A stretch of 16,550 bases of DNA from a virus: UHGV virus genome UHGV-0152507; one strand, given 5' to 3'. Within the stretch, counting starts at the first letter, position 1; every line of letters starts with the position of its first letter. The translations under genes were made by a program, and so were the position numbers. Positions 11,717-16,550 of this stretch are shown here, in pieces. Below the pieces are notes generated by a model. That model searched no databases. It was not told the origin of the DNA and was given only the letters and a program-made list of their open reading frames with translations.

Positions 11717-13524
11717 GCTGCTTTCCCAAAGTACCAGCCCGATGGGCGGTCATATTCGTGATCGATAGGTTCGTTAATTACGGCGTGCGAGATAGCGAAG
11801 AAAACATCTGCATGGCCGGTCGCGTCTGAACGTTCAGCAACAAACGTCAGCGCGTTGCCGCTGTTGGTTGTCGTGCGCCGGATAGCCATAAAGCTGGCCG
11901 GAATTTCGACGCGCTCTTTGTTCGTTTCGTCTACGGCGTCTTTTGCCCATTCGATGCGCTTACGCTCGACAACGTCGATCATCTTCATTACCAGACGGTT
12001 TTTGCTTTCGACGCTGTAAAGAATCGGTGTGGCTTCGCGTGGTGCAAACTTGCTGACCAGGTCATAAACGCCCTTACCTATGCCGGTTGTATCGATCCCG
12101 ATGTAAGTGATGTTAAAGCGGCGCATAAGTTGCTTTATCTGGTCGGCCTGCCAGCTGAAGTTAAAGCCCTGCCATTGCCAGACGGCCAGCACGCGGAAGC
12201 GCTCGCCGTCCTCTATGGGGGGCGCGATTAACACAAAAGTGGAGTTGTCGCCGGATCGTGACGGGTCAAAGCCTGCCCATACTTCGCGATTGCCGAAGGG
12301 CCGCGCAGCAGTCAGATCAAAGTCGCCCCATGTGGCCCGGTCCACTTCGCAACCGACAAGCGCGGAGAACTTGAACACCGCGTCCTTGCTGTCAACAAAC
12401 TGGCACATGTAGAGCATGGCAAACGCGGTCGGGCTGTATTTGTTGCGCAGTCGTTCAATATCGACAAGCGCCCCGAGGCCGCCTTCGATGGCGTCTTCCA
12501 TTGTGATGATATAGCGCCAGATCTGGTCCGGGCAGAGAATGCCCTGGCGCATTTCGCTTTCTTTCGGGAACGTCACACCTTTGCGTTTCGGGTCGTCCCC
12601 GCGCCAGGCTTCGCCAGTCCAGACCGGGTAAGCCTGGTGCGTTTTCGCGCTGGGCGTCGAAAAGTAGGTCGTGCGGTATTTGTTGTGCGTCGCCATTGCG
12701 CTGGCAACTTCGTGCAGGCGCGTGAATTTCGGGATCCAGAAAACCTCATCACCATACAGGTGGCCGTTAAAGCCCTGCGCGGTGCTGGCGTTCGTGGACA
12801 AAAAGCGCAGTATTGCGCCGTTGCTGAGGCGGATATTTTTACCCGTCAGCGTCACGCCGAAATGGTTCTGAGCGATCTGGACGATGTATTCACGGAAGAT
12901 TTCAGACTGGGAGCGGCTTGCAGAGAAAAAGACCTGGTTATCACCGGTAATGACAGCATCTTCGAATGCCTCCCAGGCGAAATAATAGGTCATGCCGACC
13001 TGTCGGCTTTTCAGAATGAAGCGCCAGTCTTCGCCTTTATGTTCGCGGCAGTGCAGCTGGTACTCGAAGAGATGTTCCCGCGCCCAGGTGTCGAGCATTT
13101 CCGCTGTAATACCGGAAACGTCGTTTTTCTTATACCGGCGCTTTCTTTCCCCTGGTTCCCCGCCTGCGCTGCTGAGGCAGTACCCTTCACCATCATAAGC
13201 CGCTTTCTGGGCCTGAATTTCTGCCAGCTTTTCGGCGTGCTTGTTGCGCTGCGCCATGAGTTTCACATGGTGAGCAATCAGATCGCGCAGTTCCTCCAGT
13301 TCCAGCGCTGTTTTTTTCTCGCGGCGGGAGAGCTGGTCGATACGGCGGGCGATGACATTTTCCACCGATTCAACAGGCAGCAGTGATGCCCACTTCCCGA
13401 CGTCAGCCCAGTGGTAAATTGTACGCGGTGGAATATTCAGTTCCTGCGCAATATCTTTCGGCGTCCAGCTTTTTATATAAAGCGTGCGGGCCGCTTCTTT
13501 TAATTCATCGGAATATTTAGCCAT
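11713..13524 (-). CDS. P: Terminase ATPase (large) subunit gpP
   Basis: 603 aa with an N-terminal HTH-like PKDIAQELNIPPRTIYHW and a Walker A-like KSRQVGMT. P2 gpP-type by sequence and synteny. Confidence 0.95.
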   Translation of the reverse strand: MAKYSDELKEAARTLYIKSWTPKDIAQELNIPPRTIYHWADVGKWASLLPVESVENVIARRIDQLSRREKKTALELEELRDLIAHHVKLMAQRNKHAEKLAEIQAQKAAYDGEGYCLSSAGGEPGERKRRYKKNDVSGITAEMLDTWAREHLFEYQLHCREHKGEDWRFILKSRQVGMTYYFAWEAFEDAVITGDNQVFFSASRSQSEIFREYIVQIAQNHFGVTLTGKNIRLSNGAILRFLSTNASTAQGFNGHLYGDEVFWIPKFTRLHEVASAMATHNKYRTTYFSTPSAKTHQAYPVWTGEAWRGDDPKRKGVTFPKESEMRQGILCPDQIWRYIITMEDAIEGGLGALVDIERLRNKYSPTAFAMLYMCQFVDSKDAVFKFSALVGCEVDRATWGDFDLTAARPFGNREVWAGFDPSRSGDNSTFVLIAPPIEDGERFRVLAVWQWQGFNFSWQADQIKQLMRRFNITYIGIDTTGIGKGVYDLVSKFAPREATPILYSVESKNRLVMKMIDVVERKRIEWAKDAVDETNKERVEIPASFMAIRRTTTNSGNALTFVAERSDATGHADVFFAISHAVINEPIDHEYDRPSGWYFGKAA

Positions 13525-13701
13525 GCGGCTATTATGGCGGGATTATTTGGCGGAATTGATAATTAAATATCGGTAAAAGGTGGTTAACCATTTATAACCG
13601 AATGCATAAGAAATAAAGCGGTCGCGCTGTTTTAACCAATTCGCAATACTGACCACCACGAACGAATCATTGTTATTTAAATTCATTATTAAAGGTCAGT
13701 T
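13525..13701. promoter_or_regulatory. Divergent late promoter region (PP leftward, PO rightward)
   Basis: A 177-bp AT-rich spacer between divergent P and O, as in P2. It contains the GGTTAACC palindrome (13582-13589), TTAACCA at 13584-13590 and 13632-13638, and an imperfect dyad TGT-N12-GCA (13628-13645). Confidence 0.5.
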
Positions 13702-14745
13702 ATGCCGCAATCTCATTACCGCACGGATTGGCTATGTATTGCCACATCTGGACAGGCTGTGGACGGTCGCACCATTGAACCGCAATGGTTGATTGATGCG
13801 GCAGAAACCTACTCCCGCAAAACCTACACCGCCATGATTTGGCCGCACCACCCGCAATACGATATCAGTGAGCGTGAATTTACCTGCAACCTGGGGGAAG
13901 TGGACGCGCTGAAAGTGGAAACGGAAGGTGACGTCACGAAGTTATATGCCCAGTTAATCCCGAATCAATTTTTAATTGATGCCAACCGTATGGGGCAAAA
14001 GTTATTTACGTCAGCCGAGTTTGTCACTGATTTTGCAGGAAGCGGTCGTGAATATCTTTTCGGGCTGGCCGTGACTGATATTCCGGCAAGTCTGGGAACG
14101 GAAAAACTTAAATTCGTTTTAGCCGGTGAAGAAAAGGACGCCGAGCGCGGGAGTCTGGAAACATTCAGTTTAGGAAAATTACAGACAAGTTCTTTCTGGT
14201 CGCGTTTATTTTCGGACCGCAAAGATTTTACGCCAACCCCAGAGCCAAACACTGACAAGCCCACCGAGGGCGACGGAGAAAAAATGGAAGAATTAAAAGC
14301 GCTCATTCAGCAAATGCTGGATCTGCTTAAAAGCGGTAAAGACGCCGCAACGGGTGACGCCGACACGGTTGATACACCGGAACAGGCCGCCGATGTGGTG
14401 GCAGATGTTGCCGCCCAGATCGCTGATGCTGCCGACGAGGTGGCCGAGCTGGCGCAGGACGTTATCGAAAACCCGGAAGACGAAGTCAAAGCGGAAGAAT
14501 TCAGCGCTGCCAAAGCTAACCTGGCAAAAGTCATGAAGTCATTCAATGTGACGCCAGCGAAGCGCCCACGCGCCAGCCGCCGCCGTGACTTTTCCGCCAG
14601 TCGCCAGCCAGCTGGCAACCAGATGGACAACCTTACCACGCAGCTGACTACCGTCCTGACCAAGTTGTCAGCGATGGAAAACGGCAATACGCGCCGCCCT
14701 GGCAGTGCGCCAGGCGGAAGCAAAGAACCGTTTGAGTTTATTTAA
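13702..14745 (+). CDS. O: Capsid scaffolding protein/protease gpO
   Basis: 347 aa, GPO family by sequence (N-terminal domain plus an acidic Ala/Asp-rich helical region). RBS AAAGG upstream. Synteny fits. Confidence 0.93.
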   Translation: MPQSHYRTDWLCIATSGQAVDGRTIEPQWLIDAAETYSRKTYTAMIWPHHPQYDISEREFTCNLGEVDALKVETEGDVTKLYAQLIPNQFLIDANRMGQKLFTSAEFVTDFAGSGREYLFGLAVTDIPASLGTEKLKFVLAGEEKDAERGSLETFSLGKLQTSSFWSRLFSDRKDFTPTPEPNTDKPTEGDGEKMEELKALIQQMLDLLKSGKDAATGDADTVDTPEQAADVVADVAAQIADAADEVAELAQDVIENPEDEVKAEEFSAAKANLAKVMKSFNVTPAKRPRASRRRDFSASRQPAGNQMDNLTTQLTTVLTKLSAMENGNTRRPGSAPGGSKEPFEFI

Positions 14746-14773
14746 CAGCCATTCTTTTCAGGAATAAAAGATT

Positions 14774-15796
14774 ATGCAATTAACCCCAAAAGCAGAGCAG
14801 ATGCTGCGTAAGTTTGCCGCAGGCCTGGCGAAAGCTAACGGCCAGGTGGACACGTCGCGCTACTTCTCGCTGACCAATCCGAAAGAAACCCAGCTGCGCA
14901 ATGCCCTGCTGCAAAGTTCTGAGTTCCTGCGCCTGCTACCCAATGTGCTGGATGTGGACCAGATCACCGGCCAGGTGGTCAGTACCGGTAAGCCGGGTAT
15001 TTACACCGGGCGTAAAAAAGATGGTCGTTTCTCCCGCGCCCTGGGCGTGTCCGGTAACGAGTACAAGCTGGTAGAAACGGATTCCGGTTCGTATCTGCCT
15101 TACTCCTTGCTGGTTGTCTGGGCGAACGCGGGCAGCGAAGAGGAGTTCTTCCAGCGTATTCAGGCATTCAGCAACGAATCTTTCGCGCTGGATATGCTGC
15201 GCGTGGCGTTCAACGGTACGAGTGTTGCAGAAGATACAGACCCGGAAGCCAACCCGAATGGCGAAGACGTCAACATCGGCTGGCACAAAATAGTTAAAGA
15301 GCGTTCATCTGAGCAGATTATTTCTGATGCCGTCACTATCGGCGCGTCGGGTGCTGACTTTATTGGTCTGGATGCGGCAGTCACTGACCTGGTGCACACC
15401 TGTATTTATGAGCCATTCCGCAATGACCCGCGTCTGGTCGTGCTGGCTTCCGCTGACCTTATCGGCAACGACGCCACCACCATGATGAATAAGATTGATC
15501 GCCCGACTGAGAAAGTCGCCGCGCAGCTTATTGGCCGTCAGATTGCTGGCCGTACCGTGTACACCCCACCGTTTATGCCGGAGGGCCGTCTTATCGTCAC
15601 CACGCTGGACAACCTGCATATCTACACCCAGCAGGGTACACGTAAGCGTAAAGCAGAATGGAACGACGACCGCAAGCGCTTCGAGAATAACTATCTGCGC
15701 ATGGAAGGTTACGGCGTCGAGCATGACGAGCTGTATGCGGCATTCGACAAAATCACCCTTGCGACCGGCGAAGTTGCACCGGGAGGGGGCGCGTAA
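14774..15796 (+). CDS. N: Major capsid protein gpN (P2 family)
   Basis: 340 aa, P2-family major capsid by sequence and synteny. Confidence 0.95.
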   Translation: MQLTPKAEQMLRKFAAGLAKANGQVDTSRYFSLTNPKETQLRNALLQSSEFLRLLPNVLDVDQITGQVVSTGKPGIYTGRKKDGRFSRALGVSGNEYKLVETDSGSYLPYSLLVVWANAGSEEEFFQRIQAFSNESFALDMLRVAFNGTSVAEDTDPEANPNGEDVNIGWHKIVKERSSEQIISDAVTIGASGADFIGLDAAVTDLVHTCIYEPFRNDPRLVVLASADLIGNDATTMMNKIDRPTEKVAAQLIGRQIAGRTVYTPPFMPEGRLIVTTLDNLHIYTQQGTRKRKAEWNDDRKRFENNYLRMEGYGVEHDELYAAFDKITLATGEVAPGGGA

Positions 15797-15798
15797 AA

Positions 15799-16500
15799 AT
15801 GGCAATGACCCCGTGTCAGCGACACCGAGCACGCATGAAAGCCGCAAAGGCGCTGGATAAGTGCGAAGCCCTGACGGCATCGCCGGTCAGCTTTCACATT
15901 CAAATGCTGGAACTGGAAAAGGATGTTGAACGGCTTCGCAGTCTGACACGCGCAGACCGTATGGACATGAAGCGCGATGTTCTTCTGCCGCGCTGGATGC
16001 CGACCGTTGAAGCATACCTCGCCGGTGATGCCCGCTTTGCCAATCCGGCCCTGGTTTACTGCGTGATCTGGCTGTTCGATACGGGGGAAATGGGCAAGGC
16101 GCTGGACTGGGCTGACGTGGCTATCAGTGAGAGCCAGGCCACGCCGGAAAACTTCAAAAGCAACCTGCCTGCCTTTGTGGCCGACACGGTGCTGGAGTGG
16201 GCGATCATGCAGGCGGAAGCCGGTCACAGCATCGAACCCTATTTCAGCCGCACCTTTGAAAACATCCGCGAAAAATGGCGTTTGCACGAAGACATTAACG
16301 CGAAGTGGTTCAAGTTCGCCGGTCTTTACCTGCTGCGCGACGAGAAGGGGCAGCCGCGTGCCACTGCCGTGGATGATATGAACACGCTGGAGCAGGCCGA
16401 CGCCCTTCTGGCCCAGGCGGCGGCGTACAACAAAAACGCCGGAGTTAAGACCATGCGCGAAAAAATCCGCGCCCGGATTAACGGTCTGACCCAGCTTTAA
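15799..16500 (+). CDS. M: Terminase endonuclease (small) subunit gpM
   Basis: 233 aa. RBS GGGAGGGGG upstream. P2 gpM-type by sequence and synteny. Confidence 0.93.
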   Translation: MAMTPCQRHRARMKAAKALDKCEALTASPVSFHIQMLELEKDVERLRSLTRADRMDMKRDVLLPRWMPTVEAYLAGDARFANPALVYCVIWLFDTGEMGKALDWADVAISESQATPENFKSNLPAFVADTVLEWAIMQAEAGHSIEPYFSRTFENIREKWRLHEDINAKWFKFAGLYLLRDEKGQPRATAVDDMNTLEQADALLAQAAAYNKNAGVKTMREKIRARINGLTQL

Positions 16501-16550
16501 AGACTCCCGCTAGCCGGGACGGGCGCGGGGGAGGCATCAACCATACGGTT

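Larger units (their letters stand above)
857..16550. mobile_element. P2-like (Peduovirinae) prophage, int-proximal end. It continues beyond the window. The exact att boundary lies somewhere in 857-973 and cannot be fixed.
   Basis: Contiguous P2 synteny: int, C, cox-like, early genes, A, ogr-like, Q, P, O, N, M. The left flank is a chromosomal operon ending in its own terminator. Confidence 0.9.

Noticed and set aside
10871-13386. Long antisense ORFs inside Q and P (11165-11761, 198 aa; 12637-13386, 249 aa; and others)
   Set aside because: They are the mirror frames of strongly supported portal and terminase genes. Their translations are Arg/Val/Phe-rich with no motifs. Such shadow ORFs are common.
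13965-16381. Antisense or alternative-frame ORFs inside O, N and M (e.g. 14307-14723, 15305-15880, 15709-16287, 16127-16381)
   Set aside because: The reasoning is the same: they are shadow ORFs within well-supported capsid and terminase genes.
16527-16550. SD-like GGGGGAGG followed 9 nt later by ATA at 16544, where head-completion gene L would be expected
   Set aside because: There is no canonical start codon before the window ends, so I cannot call a gene from about two codons.
1-16550. Search for tRNA/tmRNA, CRISPR repeats, IS or transposon ends, reverse transcriptase/retron or toxin-antitoxin pairs
   Set aside because: I noticed no cloverleaf-like sequence, spaced repeat array, terminal inverted repeats with a transposase, or RT motif (YxDD) in any ORF of the track. 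This was by eye only, so their absence is not proven.

Overview
The window holds chromosomal heme-uptake genes (end of hmuU, then hmuV; 1-820), followed by the left ~15.7 kb of a P2-like (Peduovirinae) prophage that runs off the right edge. The prophage follows the classic P2 order. It starts with int (974-1996, -) and a P2 C-type immunity repressor (2066-2368, -). A switch region with 8-bp direct-repeat operators comes next, then a Cox-like gene (2488-2949) and several small early genes. Replication endonuclease A (7119-9737) is followed by a short A-to-Q cargo/cos region (9740-10330). Then come an Ogr/Delta zinc-finger activator (10332-10658, -), portal Q and terminase ATPase P (-), a divergent late-promoter region, and finally scaffold O, major capsid N and terminase endonuclease subunit M (+). 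Three things are not backbone. (i) A three-gene DNA-modification/anti-restriction block sits in the early operon: a Dam-type MTase with a Cys-rich tail, a DUF3850/ASCH-Lar fusion, and a C5-cytosine MTase. (ii) An AT-rich, reverse-oriented 76-aa gene is embedded in the early operon. (iii) Two tiny orphan ORFs lie where P2 carries tin/old. The most unusual directly visible feature is in the C5-MTase gene. It is open in two same-strand frames for ~860 nt, with methyltransferase-type motifs divided between the frames. It also has three in-phase copies of a 19-nt repeat, and a G7 tract where a 1-nt slip would swap frames. I recognised no tRNA, rRNA, CRISPR array or IS element. All homology statements come from memory of family consensus, not from searches.
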